Source of the DNA: an uncultured cyanobacterium | Lineage (GTDB): Bacteria; Cyanobacteriota; Cyanobacteriia; Cyanobacteriales; Nostocaceae | Direction: 5' to 3' | Length of the DNA: 64,000 nt | NCBI GenBank assembly: GCA_963740315.1 | Contig: CAVUDP010000001.1 | Coordinates: 1,440,001 to 1,504,000, forward strand | In this document: positions 40,716 through 52,928 of the stretch, piece after piece | Position numbering within the stretch: position 1 is the first letter of the stretch | Layout of the letters: each line of letters opens with the position of its first letter | Notes under the pieces: generated by a model | Databases searched by the model: none | What the model was told of the DNA's origin: nothing | Seen by the model: only the letters and a program-made list of their open reading frames with translations | Program-made: the position numbers and the translations under genes

Positions 40716-42326
40716 ATGAGCTACTGCTTAAATCCGAACTGTCCTAGTCCAGAAAACTTGCCTTTTAGTGAAAGATGCCAATCTTGTGGGGCGCGAATTT
40801 TGTTACGCGAGCGCTACCGAGTGACCAAATCTTTGGGTCAAGGTGGCTTTGGAGCAACCTTTGTTGCACAAGATGAAGCATTACCGGGGGAACCAAGTTG
40901 TGTAATTAAGCAACTGCGTCCTTCCGGAACAGCACCCCATGTTTTGCAAATGGCACGGGAATTATTTGAGCGAGAAGCCGTAACTCTGGGTAGGATTGGG
41001 AATCATCCCCAAGTTCCACGTTTACTAGACTATTTTGAAGACCGCGAACATTTCTATTTAATCCAAGAATACGTTCACGGATTAACTATACAGCAGGAGG
41101 TAAAACGCAACGGAGTATCAACCGAAGTAGGAGTAAAGCAGTTTTTAAGTGAAATTCTACCATTACTGCAATATATTCATTCCCAGAAAGTAATTCACCG
41201 CGATATTAAACCCGCCAACTTGATTCGTCGCGCTCAAGATGCCAGATTAGTTCTAATTGACTTTGGTGCTGTCAAAAATCAAGTTAGCCAAACAGCGGCG
41301 ATGCAATCAGGACAAACAGCATTAACTGCCTATGCTATTGGTACTCCTGGTTTTGCACCTCCCGAACAAATGGCAATGCGTCCGGTTTATGGTAGCGATA
41401 TTTATGCTTTAGGAATTACGTGTATATACTTGCTAACTGGTAAATCTCCCAAAGATTTGGAATATAATCCGGCAACGGGTGAGGTAATGTGGCAACATCT
41501 CGTATACCCTAGCAATCACTTTGCACAAGTACTAGCAAAAATGATGGATGTGTCGGTTCATAACCGCTACCAGTCAGCCGAAGAAGTACTCAGAGCCTTA
41601 GAAATGGAGCCTTACCTAGATAGTCTGGCTTCTGGTTTAGCAACTCCATCAAACGTTGGTGGTAATCCGAAAACTTCTACTGGTTTAACAGATGGTGCGA
41701 ATACGAACAACTCATCGACTGGTTTTTCTAGTACAGGCGTAGCCCAAGTTGCAGCAGCCATTAGAGCTAGAAAAGCAAAAGCTGCGAACGGTACTGCTTT
41801 ACGATCCCGAAGAGCTAACAATCGCGTGCTTTCATCAAGAAGTGTGACACTCGCCGATTCAACGAAATCTTATTCTGAGAAATCAAATGTACAGCGTCGT
41901 TTAAATTCGGAAAGCTTACTTACAGCTTATTTGAAAGGAAGACGAGATTTTGCTTTACACAATCTGAGTCTGCTAAATTTACAAGGCTCCGATTTATCAG
42001 AAACAAATTTTCATTCTTCTAAGTTTGAAAAAACCAATTTGCAAACCGCAAATCTTTACAATAGCGATTTTGGACGAGCTAACTTAAGTAAAGCCAATCT
42101 TAGAGATGCCAATTTAAGTAAAGCTTACTTCAATCATGCCGATTTGGAATTAGCAGACCTTCGAGGAGCAGACCTCAGCTATGCTCATTTAAGTAATGCT
42201 AATCTTCGTGGAGCTAATTTGTGTGGCGCGAATCTTACTGGAGCTAAAGTTTCTCCCGAACAATTGGCATTAGCAAAAACCAACTGGATGACTGTACGTC
42301 CTAACGGCAGAAGAGGTTTATTGTGA
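40716..42326 (+). CDS. Ser/Thr kinase with N-terminal 4-Cys motif and C-terminal pentapeptide repeats (SpkB-like)
   Basis: CLNPNC..CQSCG, GQGGFG, HRDIKPAN, DFG and A(N/D)L repeats. Confidence 0.93.
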   Translation: MSYCLNPNCPSPENLPFSERCQSCGARILLRERYRVTKSLGQGGFGATFVAQDEALPGEPSCVIKQLRPSGTAPHVLQMARELFEREAVTLGRIGNHPQVPRLLDYFEDREHFYLIQEYVHGLTIQQEVKRNGVSTEVGVKQFLSEILPLLQYIHSQKVIHRDIKPANLIRRAQDARLVLIDFGAVKNQVSQTAAMQSGQTALTAYAIGTPGFAPPEQMAMRPVYGSDIYALGITCIYLLTGKSPKDLEYNPATGEVMWQHLVYPSNHFAQVLAKMMDVSVHNRYQSAEEVLRALEMEPYLDSLASGLATPSNVGGNPKTSTGLTDGANTNNSSTGFSSTGVAQVAAAIRARKAKAANGTALRSRRANNRVLSSRSVTLADSTKSYSEKSNVQRRLNSESLLTAYLKGRRDFALHNLSLLNLQGSDLSETNFHSSKFEKTNLQTANLYNSDFGRANLSKANLRDANLSKAYFNHADLELADLRGADLSYAHLSNANLRGANLCGANLTGAKVSPEQLALAKTNWMTVRPNGRRGLL

Positions 42327-43407
42327 TTTAATAATTTAAAACCAAAAACTAATTAGGAATCGTTTTATTTATGCTTAAATCATCATAAACCCTATATTTA
42401 TTAGCTTTTGACAAAGAAGGCGAACATAGCTCGATAGACGGAAACAATAACGTGGCGATATTATACATCCGAATGGGTTAGTTGAACATTTGTCAACTAT
42501 TTTTTACAAATCTATAAATAAATAGACGCTTCGCAAATAGTAAATTTTATGTACTAATATATTTTGCGATTAAAACTGCATATAAAAATTTCCTCTATAG
42601 TTCCTTCACCCTGGGATTATAGAGGAATATTTTATTGGAATTATGATTCTTCCGTACTTTATGCGGCATTAAATAGTCCTATAAGACGGTTGGGGGAGTA
42701 GGAAGTAGAAAAAAAGACCACCCCCGTGAGAGCGAATGTTAGTTATTAAGCGAAATAATCCTTGTATAGTAAGTATTTCAGACATTTTCGCCGAAGATTG
42801 AGATTCTCTTCGTACTTAAAAGCTAAGATTATTTCCGAATCAGCTATATATAAGTGAATCTGTATCTAATATTTATCTTGCAAAATTGCTTATTTAGCCT
42901 TTTATCAACTATAGCTGACATAATTATCTTTAAAATTATATATGATACGCAAAATTACTGATGACATCAATTTAATTTTATATAATCAAAAGCTATGATT
43001 ACATTGATTGTATAAAATTAATAGTTAAAAATTATAGCTAAATATAATAAATAAATCTATCTAAAGGTATATACGGATGTATTTTTTTAGGAAAACTTCT
43101 GCATTAGGGTTGATTACTTTTATTAAAAAATTAGGATATTTTTAATAAATCATGTTATTGTTGTCGCCAGAAAATATGTATAATATAAAGCTAAGTATAG
43201 GGGAAATAAGCTTATTAAATAAAAATTTAATTATGTTGCGCGATCGTACAGGTATTAGTAACTATTTAGGCTACTTTTAGGGACTAAGTTGTGGTAAGTG
43301 TATTATGTTTGGTCGATAAAACTTAGTCCACCTTGGATGTGAGTAAAGATATGTATGGAAACCCAGATAATTAACCGTTGCCGATCGTAAGCACAGACTA
43401 AATAGTC

Positions 43408-44184
43408 ATGAGCAATATTAATGAGTTGAATTTTTTATCAATGAAAGGCTCACCTATAACGCCTGAATCCATACCAGAAGAGCTACAACGCCGATTGAAT
43501 CTATATCAGGTTTTTGTTAAGTTGTATGAAAATCATGGCAGTATCCTAGAGCAGATTCTTAAATTAGAAAATTTATCCGAATCTTCATTGAAGATAACGC
43601 AGCCCCATTACATACAGGCTGTTGTTGATGGCGAGATAATTTACGTAACGACAAATCTACGTGATGGTAAAAGCCAAAGTTTGCGACAGTCTCAGAATAC
43701 TTGGACTATAGGGCGCGATCGCAACAGCGGAATCCACATCAAGAATAAATATATATCTCGTCGCCATGCTGCGATTCGATACATTGAGCAAGGGTTTTAT
43801 TTAATCGACTTTAATAGTACTAACGGCACTTATATTAATGGCGAACAGATTTATCAACCGACAAAGCTTGAAGATGGAAATGTTATTCAATTAGGTAATA
43901 TCACTTTTACTTTTTTCCTCAATCATAGTTGCTCTGTTTTGCCTAGAGTAGCTGTAGAGTTGTTGATGCAGTTAGTGCCGTCATCAGTTAAGGATACAGA
44001 AACATCAACGTATTATCATAAAACTAAAACTCGAAAGCTTTTGGATAGCGAGTGCATCCAAGAAGAAGATTTAGTTAATAAAACAGCTAAGATGCAGACT
44101 TTAGAAGAGCAATTAAGTCAACAGTGGAAATCCGATATTTTAGAGCGTTTTTATAGTAAGCAACTACCGCTTGATTCTGTTTGA
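43408..44184 (+). CDS. FHA domain protein
   Basis: IGR...ISRRHA...DFNSTNGTYING. Confidence 0.9.
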   Translation: MSNINELNFLSMKGSPITPESIPEELQRRLNLYQVFVKLYENHGSILEQILKLENLSESSLKITQPHYIQAVVDGEIIYVTTNLRDGKSQSLRQSQNTWTIGRDRNSGIHIKNKYISRRHAAIRYIEQGFYLIDFNSTNGTYINGEQIYQPTKLEDGNVIQLGNITFTFFLNHSCSVLPRVAVELLMQLVPSSVKDTETSTYYHKTKTRKLLDSECIQEEDLVNKTAKMQTLEEQLSQQWKSDILERFYSKQLPLDSV

Positions 44185-44325
44185 TAAAGTATTTTAAGGG
44201 TGGAGATGGGATTTTTTTATATCCGATGAAGCTTATATAGTCGTTGGATTGCCAAAAAGATTCATATGTATATTTATGTTTAAATAATTAGCCTACGATC
44301 AAAAAATACGCCTTTAGTAAACATC

Positions 44326-44361
44326 AATAAAGACGGCTAATAGTTCTTAGCCGTCTTATTT
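44326..44361. terminator. Bidirectional-type hairpin between the convergent FHA and recA genes
   Basis: AGACGGCTAA-loop-TTAGCCGTCT with A/T flanks. Confidence 0.6.
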
Positions 44362-44417
44362 ATGAGAAGATATTAAGTCCGGTTAATTACTTATTTTATA
44401 GCTTCTAGATAGCTACC

Positions 44418-44577
44418 TTAGATGATCTTTGAAAAGTATCAATTTTAGAGCAATTCTCGGATTATCTGCCCTTGCTCCCTTAAAAAAGGAGGGTAAAATC
44501 TCCTTAAATTAGCGGGGATTTTAGAGGGATCTAAAAAGTTTCGAGTTACATTAATAGCTTTTCAATCATCCTCTTAA
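44418..44577. mobile_element. Degenerate MITE-like repeat
   Basis: Imperfect terminal repeats (TTAGATGATCTTTGAAAAG / CTTTTCAATCATCCTCTTAA) enclose AAATTAGCGGGGATTT..GGGATCT, also seen at ~26501-26526. Confidence 0.45.
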
Positions 44578-44702
44578 TGAATACATTTAGAGCTTTAAGA
44601 TATCGTAATAGGTAATTTGTATTTTGCATTACCTATTACTGATTACCTATTACCTAACTTCACAAATAAAATAAGTGGCGATCGCGGACATAATTGACGA
44701 TC

Positions 44703-45797
44703 CTATTCTTCCTCAAATTCTTCTTCATCCTCATCCTCATTCTCATCCTCATCGCTTTGCTGTACCACGGAGTTAGCAGAAACAACAGCACCTAATTCAA
44801 GCTTTTCAAGTACCTTTTGCTTAATTTCTTCAAGCATTTCTGGCTTTTCTTCAAGGTATTTGATGGCGTTATCCCTTCCTTGGGAAATATTATCGCCATT
44901 GTAGCTGTACCAAGCCCCCTTGCGACTAATAACGCTAGTTTCTTCTGCTAAGTCAACAATACAGCCCAAGGTTGAAATACCTTTACCGAAGATAACGTCG
45001 AACTCGGCAATTCTAAAAGGTGGTGCAACTTTATTTTTAGCAACTTTGACTTTAACGCGGATACCGAATTCTTCTGTACCTTTTTTTAAAGTTTGAATGC
45101 GTCGAATATCTAAACGCACTGAAGAGTAATATTTTAAAGCGTTACCACCAGTAGTTGTTTCTGGATTACCATAGCTGACACCAATTTTCATCCGCAACTG
45201 GTTGATAAACATGACCGTGCAGCCAGATTTACCAATATTACCAGTAATTTTACGCAAAGCTTGGCTCATCAATCGTGCTTGAAGCCCGACGTGGGTATCG
45301 CCCATATCGCCTTCAATTTCTGCGCGGGGAACTAGTGCCGCTACCGAGTCAATCACCACGATGTCAACCGCAGCAGAACGCACTAATTGATCGACGATTT
45401 CTAAAGCAGATTCTCCGGTGTCTGGTTGGGAGATTAACAAGTTTGCAATATCCACACCCAAAGCCGCAGCATAGGTAGGATCGAGAGCGTGTTCTGCGTC
45501 TACATAAGCGGCAATTCCGCCTTGTTTTTGCACTTCAGCTACCGCGTGCAGCGCTACCGTTGTTTTACCAGAACTTTCCGGACCATAAATTTCGACTACC
45601 CGTCCCTTTGGTAAACCGCCACCTAATGCTAAATCCAAGGTAAGTGCGCCCGAAGAAATGGTTTCAACACGCATCCGGGTTGCATCCCCAAGACGCATGA
45701 TTGTACCTTTACCAAAAGTTTTCTCTATTTGGTTAAGCACCATGTTGAGCGCTTTTTGCTTGCCTGCATTTTCTTTACTATCTGTGTTAACCGCCAT
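44703..45797 (-). CDS. recA: Recombinase RecA
   Basis: [34 protein letters not shown] and GGNALKYY. Confidence 0.99.
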   Translation of the reverse strand: MAVNTDSKENAGKQKALNMVLNQIEKTFGKGTIMRLGDATRMRVETISSGALTLDLALGGGLPKGRVVEIYGPESSGKTTVALHAVAEVQKQGGIAAYVDAEHALDPTYAAALGVDIANLLISQPDTGESALEIVDQLVRSAAVDIVVIDSVAALVPRAEIEGDMGDTHVGLQARLMSQALRKITGNIGKSGCTVMFINQLRMKIGVSYGNPETTTGGNALKYYSSVRLDIRRIQTLKKGTEEFGIRVKVKVAKNKVAPPFRIAEFDVIFGKGISTLGCIVDLAEETSVISRKGAWYSYNGDNISQGRDNAIKYLEEKPEMLEEIKQKVLEKLELGAVVSANSVVQQSDEDENEDEDEEEFEEE

Positions 45798-45848
45798 TTG
45801 AGCCTCTAAAATATATTGATTGGGGGTATAAGGTTTGATAATCTTAAT

Positions 45849-45862
45849 AGAACAGATATACT
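45849..45862 (-). promoter_or_regulatory. Cyanobacterial LexA box upstream of recA
   Basis: Minus strand AGTATATCTGTTCT fits RGTAC-N3-DGTWCB with one mismatch. Confidence 0.8.
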
Positions 45863-46121
45863 ATCATGCCATCTTAGCACTACCGAACGTTATATAGTTT
45901 AGCTAGATATTCTCTTTTCTATTAGAGTGGATAGCTCGACTTGCCATCGTCGAATAAATTTTTACTCGTCTAAGCTAGGCAGTCAGGCGATACACGATTG
46001 TTGAAAACATTCATTAATTAAGATTGTATTCCGAATTATCCAATAATTATCTAATTTTAGTTATTCATCGGGTTGCGATCGCCGTTGCAGAACAATTTAT
46101 CATCAGGGCTTCCCAAATATG

Positions 46122-46309
46122 TAAACGATTCCCGATTAAATCAATCATCTGTTTTGACGTATGACTGTGGATTGCCACCGGCGTTAATCTAACCAAGACA
46201 TGGCTGCCTAAAAATCTCGTCTGTGGAAATTATAGGTATATTAAAGTGTCTGGTATGAACGTGCTTGGGTACTTTTACCCGAACCGTAACCCCCTAAAAC
46301 CAAACATTT
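46122..46309 (-). pseudogene. Adenylate kinase-family relic
   Basis: LVLGGYGSGKSTQAR / RHFNIPIISTDEIFR / MIDLIGNRL across frameshifts. Confidence 0.7.
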
Positions 46310-46687
46310 TATAATATAATCAACTCCTTTAGCTATCATTATATTCACTTGACTTGATTCCATCGGTTACGTTAAGAGACAGCGCGTCTGGCGATCGCCT
46401 TCCATAATTAAGATTTTAAGAATATCATAGCTATTTTTTAAGCTTTATTAATAAATTTTATTCTGGTATAAAAGACGTTTTGTTTTTTACCGCCTCTTGC
46501 TTTTCAGACAATATAAATATAAATTTTAATAGCTATTGACTTAAGTACAAACGTAATGGTTGACTAAGAATGCGAGCAAGTTAAATTACTATATATCCTT
46601 GTTATCGAGCTTAATTAATATGTAAATTTGCGAGATATTGCCTCAGCGAAATTACTAAATCTACCGTGTTTATTTTTACATTAATTT

Positions 46688-47221
46688 ATGGTTGCTCAGT
46701 TAGAAAAGAGTGTAAATTCGACAGTTAGTTCATCACATACAATCAAAGGATTAGTACAAGTTTTTACTAGTTCTTACCGTAGTTTTTTTACTAGCGTCAT
46801 GGCGCAAGCACTGAGAATTGCCGGTCAAGGTACGCCGGTATTGATAGTGCAATTTCTCAAAGGTGGTATTCATCAGGGACAAAATAATCCCATTGTGTTG
46901 GGACAAAATTTGAATTGGATTCGTTGTGACTTACCGCGTTGCATCGACACACCCCACTTAGATGAGGCTGAAACCGAAGCATTACATTCATTGTGGCAGC
47001 ATACACTGAGTGTAGTAAGTGAAGGTAAGTATTCTTTGGTTGTATTAGACGAGTTAAGTTTAGCAATGAACTTTGGTTTAATTCCTGAATCAGAAGTTTT
47101 AGAATTTCTAACCAACCGTCCCCAAAGCGTTGATATTATTCTTACTGGAGCGGAGATGCCTAAATCTATTTTGGATTTAGCTGACGAAATTACAGAAATT
47201 CGTCGCCCAAATCGGTTGTAA
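46688..47221 (+). CDS. CobO/BtuR-like cob(I)yrinic acid a,c-diamide adenosyltransferase-family protein
   Basis: GLVQVFT, VQFLKGG, VVLDEL, IILTG and ADEITE; the canonical GxGKGK P-loop is degenerate. Confidence 0.85.
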   Translation: MVAQLEKSVNSTVSSSHTIKGLVQVFTSSYRSFFTSVMAQALRIAGQGTPVLIVQFLKGGIHQGQNNPIVLGQNLNWIRCDLPRCIDTPHLDEAETEALHSLWQHTLSVVSEGKYSLVVLDELSLAMNFGLIPESEVLEFLTNRPQSVDIILTGAEMPKSILDLADEITEIRRPNRL

Positions 47222-47227
47222 AAGAGG

Positions 47228-47366
47228 CTGGGGAGATGGGGTTCGGGGGAGATGGGGTTCGGGGGAGATGGGGTTCGGGGGAGACAAGGGGATGGGGAGA
47301 CAAGGAGATGGGGAGACAAGGGGACAAATAACTACTAACTGCTAACTGCTAACTGCTAACTGCTAA
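47228..47366. repeat. STRR-type tandem repeats
   Basis: GGGGAGATGGGGTTCG x3, GGAGACAAG units, then TAACTGC heptamers. Confidence 0.85.
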
Positions 47367-47426
47367 ATATTCTCCTGGAAGCCATTTTGCGGTATGTTAA
47401 TAAATTTATTTGAATTATTTTAGTCT

Positions 47427-48026
47427 GTGATTAAAAACGATATCTGGATTTCTCAAATGGCTCAAAAGGATATGATTGCTCCTTTTGAAGCTAGCTTAAT
47501 TCGAGAGGTTAACCGCCACGAAGGTAGTTTACCGCGCCGCGTTATTAGTTATGGTTTGTCTTCCTACGGTTACGATATACGCCTTTCTCCAACGGAGTTT
47601 CGTATATTTCGACATATTCCGGGAACTGTAGTAGATCCGAAAAATTTTAATCCGCAAAATTTAGAACCAACACCGCTACATTCCTCTGATGCTGGCGACT
47701 ACTTTATCTTACCTGCTCACTCTTATGGTTTAGGTGTTGCTTTGGAAAGATTACAAGTACCAGATAATATTTCGGTTATTTGCATTGGTAAATCCACTTA
47801 TGCAAGATGTGGGATTATTGCTAATCTTACGCCTGCTGAAGCTGCATGGAGAGGTCATTTAACCTTAGAATTTTCTAATTCTTCGAGTGCGGATTGTCGT
47901 ATTTACGCTAATGAAGGTGTAGTACAGTTATTATTCTTGGAAGGGGAACCCTGTGCTATTAGTTACGAAGCTCGTCAAGGTAAATACCAAGATCAACCTG
48001 AAAGAGTAACCATAGCAAGAATATGA
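47427..48026 (+). CDS. dcd: dCTP deaminase
   Basis: ISYGLSSYGYD, GKSTYARCG, YANEG and GKYQ. Confidence 0.95.
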   Translation: MIKNDIWISQMAQKDMIAPFEASLIREVNRHEGSLPRRVISYGLSSYGYDIRLSPTEFRIFRHIPGTVVDPKNFNPQNLEPTPLHSSDAGDYFILPAHSYGLGVALERLQVPDNISVICIGKSTYARCGIIANLTPAEAAWRGHLTLEFSNSSSADCRIYANEGVVQLLFLEGEPCAISYEARQGKYQDQPERVTIARI

Positions 48027-48041
48027 ATTAATTATCAATGA

Positions 48042-48764
48042 TTATGGTGCCAATCTTGCTTTAGCCAATCGATTAGATTTGTACCATTCTGCTATGGCTG
48101 GAACCCAATTTTCAAAGTGAATTAGCATCGATTCACACAGCTTTTGGATTTCAAGTTGAGCGTCTTTTTTGTTTCTCATATCTAAGAAATGCATTAAAGA
48201 CCTTAAGTTGAAACTAACTATAAAATGCTGGCGGTAGTCAAATGGCATTTTACCTCTAATATGTTCCTCGGAAATGCCGTTGTCAAAATCGGTTTTGTAT
48301 CGTTTAACCGCTTCCGTACACCAGTTTAAATCAGCTTCTCTTTGTTCGGGTGAATAGTAATATTTCTTACCTTGACGATTTGTATAATAACCCACGGGAC
48401 GTAGATAAAAAACATCTTCTATATCTTTTTCCCCTTCTGCTACTTTAATAAATTGTTCTGAAGTATATCTAAAAGATTGAACGTCAAAGGATACGCTGAT
48501 ACGATGAGTACGCGCTTGTTGCATGACGCTGTGAGGAAAATAGCCGCAATTAAAGACGATTTGAGGATGTTCCAAAGGACCGTAATGCCCTCTTTCACCT
48601 GCTAATAGACGCTTAACTATAATTTCACCACATTTTGATTCTGAGGGGAATGTGTCGCGTTCATCATACACAAATCTATCGGTGTAGTCTTGATGCATTG
48701 CAGCATAAATAACTTGCTGGGGGTTAAGCGTTTTTGTAATAACTTCTACTCGAAATCGATTCAT
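48042..48764 (-). CDS. thyX: FAD-dependent thymidylate synthase
   Basis: GHYGPLEH, QARTHR..SFDVQSFRY, NLRSLMHF and AQLEI. Confidence 0.93.
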   Translation of the reverse strand: MNRFRVEVITKTLNPQQVIYAAMHQDYTDRFVYDERDTFPSESKCGEIIVKRLLAGERGHYGPLEHPQIVFNCGYFPHSVMQQARTHRISVSFDVQSFRYTSEQFIKVAEGEKDIEDVFYLRPVGYYTNRQGKKYYYSPEQREADLNWCTEAVKRYKTDFDNGISEEHIRGKMPFDYRQHFIVSFNLRSLMHFLDMRNKKDAQLEIQKLCESMLIHFENWVPAIAEWYKSNRLAKARLAP

Positions 48765-48889
48765 GTTTTAGTTAGGGCATTGGGCATTGGGCATTGGGAA
48801 AGACTAAATATTTACTTTTTCATCCTTTATGCTTCATTCTTTAAGATAGCTGAAAATATGGTTTTTTGAACCAAGGTGTAAGAAAAATT

Positions 48890-49471
48890 ATGGCTTTAAC
48901 TGCTTCAACGATGTTGTCTTTGGGAACGAAGGCTCCGGATTTTCAACTACCTGATGTGGTATCTGGGGAGACTATTTCTCTCTCTACGTTTACGGGTAAA
49001 AAAGCTTTGCTGGTGATGTTTATTTGCCGTCACTGTCCGTTTGTAAAGCACGTAGAATCAGAATTAGCTCAATTAGGAAAAGATTATTTTCAAAGCGATT
49101 TAGGGATTGTTGCTATTAGTGCAAATGATGTAAAAAATTACCCCGATGATGCGCCAGATTTATTAAAAACGATGGCGACAGAATTAGATTTCAAGTTTCC
49201 TTTGTGTTATGACGAAACTCAGGAAACAGCAAAGATTTATACCGCTGCTTGTACTCCAGATTTCTTTCTATTTGATGGCGATCGCAAACTATTTTATCGC
49301 GGACAATTAGATGATAGTCGTCCGAGTAATGGTAAACCAGTAACGGGTAAAGATTTACGCAATGCGATCGATACCGTACTGGCTGGTAAGTCTTTAATTG
49401 AGGAACAAAAGCCGAGTATTGGTTGCAATATTAAATGGAAACCAGGTTCGGAACCGGATTATTTTGGTTAG
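48890..49471 (+). CDS. Thioredoxin-fold AhpC/TSA family protein
   Basis: FICRHCPFV, AACTPDFF, YRGQLDD and PSIGCNIKW. Confidence 0.9.
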   Translation: MALTASTMLSLGTKAPDFQLPDVVSGETISLSTFTGKKALLVMFICRHCPFVKHVESELAQLGKDYFQSDLGIVAISANDVKNYPDDAPDLLKTMATELDFKFPLCYDETQETAKIYTAACTPDFFLFDGDRKLFYRGQLDDSRPSNGKPVTGKDLRNAIDTVLAGKSLIEEQKPSIGCNIKWKPGSEPDYFG

Positions 49472-49520
49472 GAGTTAGGAATTAAGAGTTAGGAGTTCTC
49501 AACTAACAACTAACAACTAA

Positions 49521-50033
49521 TTAATTCTGAATTTCTAAATTGAGGATGTAATTTCCTAGCTGAACTTTACCAGCCCATAATTCGTATTCTACTCGTAGGT
49601 GTTCTGGTAAAGGATTTGCGCTCAAAGTCAGATTACGAGTAAAATTTCTGAGGCGGATTGGGTGATTATTTTGCAATGACTCATTGGGTAGCCAGTAACG
49701 ACTCGTACCGTAAACTCCTTTTTCCCAAAAATGACGGTAACTCAAGTGTGGATTGCCTTGCATTGTCATAATGACTCTAAAAGGCGATATTTCTAACCAT
49801 AAAATTCTGGGACTTCCTGAAAGGCGAGGATTGGTTTTGGCAGGTGTGAGGAAGGGATTTTGCGGATTTTGGATTGCTTCTTGACAAGTTTTTATCGGTG
49901 GTGCATTCAATAACAGGTGAAAGCGCTGGCTATCTTTTTGATATAAAGTAGCAGCAGCTTCTACAACAGACTGGACTGGTAAATCTGTTGAAATTATGGA
50001 TAAGCAAACGGGTTTGCGTTGATGAGTCAGCAT
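49521..50033 (-). CDS. Conserved cyanobacterial hypothetical protein
   Basis: 170-aa ORF with LWLEISP.RV.MTMQG...SYRHFWE.GVYG. Confidence 0.75.
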   Translation of the reverse strand: MLTHQRKPVCLSIISTDLPVQSVVEAAATLYQKDSQRFHLLLNAPPIKTCQEAIQNPQNPFLTPAKTNPRLSGSPRILWLEISPFRVIMTMQGNPHLSYRHFWEKGVYGTSRYWLPNESLQNNHPIRLRNFTRNLTLSANPLPEHLRVEYELWAGKVQLGNYILNLEIQN

Positions 50034-50187
50034 GGTTCGGATAAATTCGAGAAGCTATTGGATAAAATCAAACAATGTTGGTGTTAGGTGTGCGGAGTTT
50101 AGCGGTACGATACTAGCGAGGAAGTTTATACATAAAACTTTTGTTTTTATATAACTTTCCCGTACAGTCACACGCTAGTTTATCCTA

Positions 50188-51534
50188 ATGTCGGCTTCTG
50201 TTATAACCGTAGAAACTAAACAAAACCGGACCCACAAGTTGGTTGTTAAACGACCAACTTCGGGACTATCTTTAAATGGTAAAATTCGAGTCCCTGGTGA
50301 TAAATCTATCTCCCATCGGGCGTTGATGCTGGGCGCACTTGCGAACGGTGAAACCCGTATCGAAGGATTGCTTTTGGGAGAAGATCCCCGCAGTACGGCT
50401 AGCTGTTTCCGAGCGATGGGAGCAGAAGTTTCGGATTTGAATACAGAATTGGTAAAGGTTAAGGGAATTGGTTTGGGTAACTTACTCGAACCTGTTGATT
50501 TCTTAGATGCTGGCAATTCTGGTACCACGCTGCGACTAATGTTAGGAATTTTGGCATCCCATGAGGGACGTTTTTTCACCGTTACCGGAGATAATTCCTT
50601 ACGATCGCGTCCTATGTCTCGTGTTGTTAAACCTTTACAACAGATGGGAGCGCAAATTTGGGGAAGAGATAATAATCGATTAGCACCCTTGGCGGTTTGC
50701 GGACAAAACCTCAAACCTATTCACTACCATTCTCCTATAGCTTCGGCTCAAGTGAAATCTTGTATCTTACTGGCTGGTTTATCGATTGAAGGTAAAACTA
50801 CCGTAACCGAACCAGCGCTGTCTCGCGATCATAGCGAACGAATGTTACAAGCCTTTGGCGCAAAATTAGATATTGATACCCAAACTCATACCGTTAGTGT
50901 TAACGGTCCGGCGAAACTATACGGACAAACCGTAGTTGTACCGGGAGATATAAGTTCGGCAGCTTTTTGGTTGGTAGCTGGTGCAATTGTATCAGATTCG
51001 GAGTTGCTGATTGAGAATGTTGGTGTTAATCCTACTCGCACTGGTGTTTTAGAAGCCTTGGAGATGATGGGGGCTGATGTTACACGAGAAAACGAAAGGG
51101 AAGTTGCGGGGGAACCTGTAGCGGATTTGAGGGTACGCTCTAGTAAACTCAAAGGCTGCACCATCGAAGGAGATATCATACCTCGGTTGATTGACGAAAT
51201 TCCTATCTTAGCTGTGGCAGCAGTATTTGCCGAAGGTACTACTGTAATAAAAGATGCCGCAGAACTGCGAGTTAAAGAGAGCGATCGCATTACTGCAATG
51301 GCAGACCAACTAAACTCAATGGGCGCAAAAGTAACCGAGTTACCCGACGGTATGGAAATTACTGGCGGTACCCCCCTTACTGGTAAAGAACTTGACAGCT
51401 TTACCGACCATCGCATTGCTATGAGTTTGGCGATCGCTGCTTTGAATGCATCTGGTTCGACTACCATCAACCGTGCGGAAGCAGCATCGGTTTCTTATCC
51501 AACTTTCTTTGATACTCTCAAAGCAATTATTTAA
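50188..51534 (+). CDS. aroA: 3-phosphoshikimate 1-carboxyvinyltransferase
   Basis: [29 protein letters not shown] and DHRIAM. Confidence 0.98.
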   Translation: MSASVITVETKQNRTHKLVVKRPTSGLSLNGKIRVPGDKSISHRALMLGALANGETRIEGLLLGEDPRSTASCFRAMGAEVSDLNTELVKVKGIGLGNLLEPVDFLDAGNSGTTLRLMLGILASHEGRFFTVTGDNSLRSRPMSRVVKPLQQMGAQIWGRDNNRLAPLAVCGQNLKPIHYHSPIASAQVKSCILLAGLSIEGKTTVTEPALSRDHSERMLQAFGAKLDIDTQTHTVSVNGPAKLYGQTVVVPGDISSAAFWLVAGAIVSDSELLIENVGVNPTRTGVLEALEMMGADVTRENEREVAGEPVADLRVRSSKLKGCTIEGDIIPRLIDEIPILAVAAVFAEGTTVIKDAAELRVKESDRITAMADQLNSMGAKVTELPDGMEITGGTPLTGKELDSFTDHRIAMSLAIAALNASGSTTINRAEAASVSYPTFFDTLKAII

Positions 51535-51656
51535 TTAAGTTGTAATAATTCTGTAACAATTCTTATCCTCAGTATTCACCGAGGTTAAGAATTTTTTTTA
51601 AATAAGGAATTGGCGATCGCTGTGATTTTATTTACAACCGCGTCAAATATCCTCGA

Positions 51657-52640
51657 TCAACCTCCAATTTGTGACATGGTACGGTTGTAACCGCTTGTTC
51701 CCTTATCTCGCTCTTTAAAATTAATCTCCTCTTTGAGACAAAGTAAATTTCTGACTTGTTCTTTTAATTGATAACAATCAACCCCATTCCTTAAAGCATC
51801 TTTTAAATTAATTTGACCAGTTTCATTTAACAAACAAGGGCGCAGCCAACCATCAGCAGATAAACGGATGCGGTTGCATTTGTCGCAAAAACATTCTGAC
51901 ATTTGCGAAATAAATCCTAAAGTACCTTTGGCACCAGGAATTTTAAAAACGTCTGCCGGACCATTTCCTTTTATATTAGATTCAATTAAGCCAAACTTTT
52001 GCGAAATACTCTGACGTAATTGGCACGAAGGAATCCAGGCAGATTCGTCAAATAATTTACTATTACCAATCGGCATAAATTCAATAAAACGAACGTGCCA
52101 ATTACGCTCAATAGTCAAAGCAGCTAAATCGAGAATTTCCGAGTCATTTACACCTCGAATAATTACCACATTCAGCTTTAAAGGATTGAAACCCACCGAA
52201 TAAGCTGTTTGAATTCCTTGCCAAGTTTGCTCCCAGCGTGACTTTCCCCCATTACCAATCATTTTGTCAAAAATTTCTGGATTAAGCGAATCAAGACTAA
52301 TATTAATACGTCGCAAGCCAGCTTCAAAAAGTGGTTTTGCTAGCTTTTCTAACAAAAATCCATTAGTTGTCATTGCTAAATCATCACATTGAGGTAATGT
52401 TGCAACTTCTTTAACAAAATCAACTATCCCCGGACGTAACAATGGTTCCCCTCCGGTAAGACGGAATTTAGTAAATCCTAATGGAATAAAGACTTCTTTT
52501 AGTAGAGTTAATAACTCCTGATAATTTAGTAATTCCTGTTGTAAAAGATAATCGAGTTTCGCGCCTTCAGGAACGCAATAATGGCAGCGAAAGTTACAGC
52601 GGTCTATTAAACTTATACGCAAATAATCTACTTTATTCAT
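51657..52640 (-). CDS. moaA: GTP 3',8-cyclase MoaA
   Basis: CNFRCHYC radical SAM motif, [14 protein letters not shown] and the C-terminal MSQIGG. Confidence 0.97.
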   Translation of the reverse strand: MNKVDYLRISLIDRCNFRCHYCVPEGAKLDYLLQQELLNYQELLTLLKEVFIPLGFTKFRLTGGEPLLRPGIVDFVKEVATLPQCDDLAMTTNGFLLEKLAKPLFEAGLRRINISLDSLNPEIFDKMIGNGGKSRWEQTWQGIQTAYSVGFNPLKLNVVIIRGVNDSEILDLAALTIERNWHVRFIEFMPIGNSKLFDESAWIPSCQLRQSISQKFGLIESNIKGNGPADVFKIPGAKGTLGFISQMSECFCDKCNRIRLSADGWLRPCLLNETGQINLKDALRNGVDCYQLKEQVRNLLCLKEEINFKERDKGTSGYNRTMSQIGG

Positions 52641-52928
52641 ATATTTATTTTAACCATATCCGAGTTTTTAAAGTCAAACGAGCGCGGCTAGCGTTCCATG
52701 TAGGCTTACTTATAATGTGCCGCCATAACGCCATCAATATGCGATCGCGCTATTTAATTTCATAACTAAATTCCAAGAAAGCTACAGTAAAAAAGTCATA
52801 ATGTTCGTTATAGTAACCAAAAAACGACCAAAAAAATATTTTCAAATCAGTTTTTGATAGTTATCTAAGTCGATCGGCTTTTGCAAAGGGCAGAGGATAG
52901 CAAATTAGGACGAAAAATCTCAACAGTT

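Noticed and set aside
46544..46557. LexA-like AGTACAAACGTAAT upstream of the cobO-like/dcd operon
   Set aside because: The right half-site deviates from consensus; too weak to call.
50086..50099. Yfr1-like motif ACTCCGCACAC on the minus strand
   Set aside because: One mismatch to ACTCCTCACAC and no flanking Yfr1 hairpins; it lies in a probable 5' UTR.
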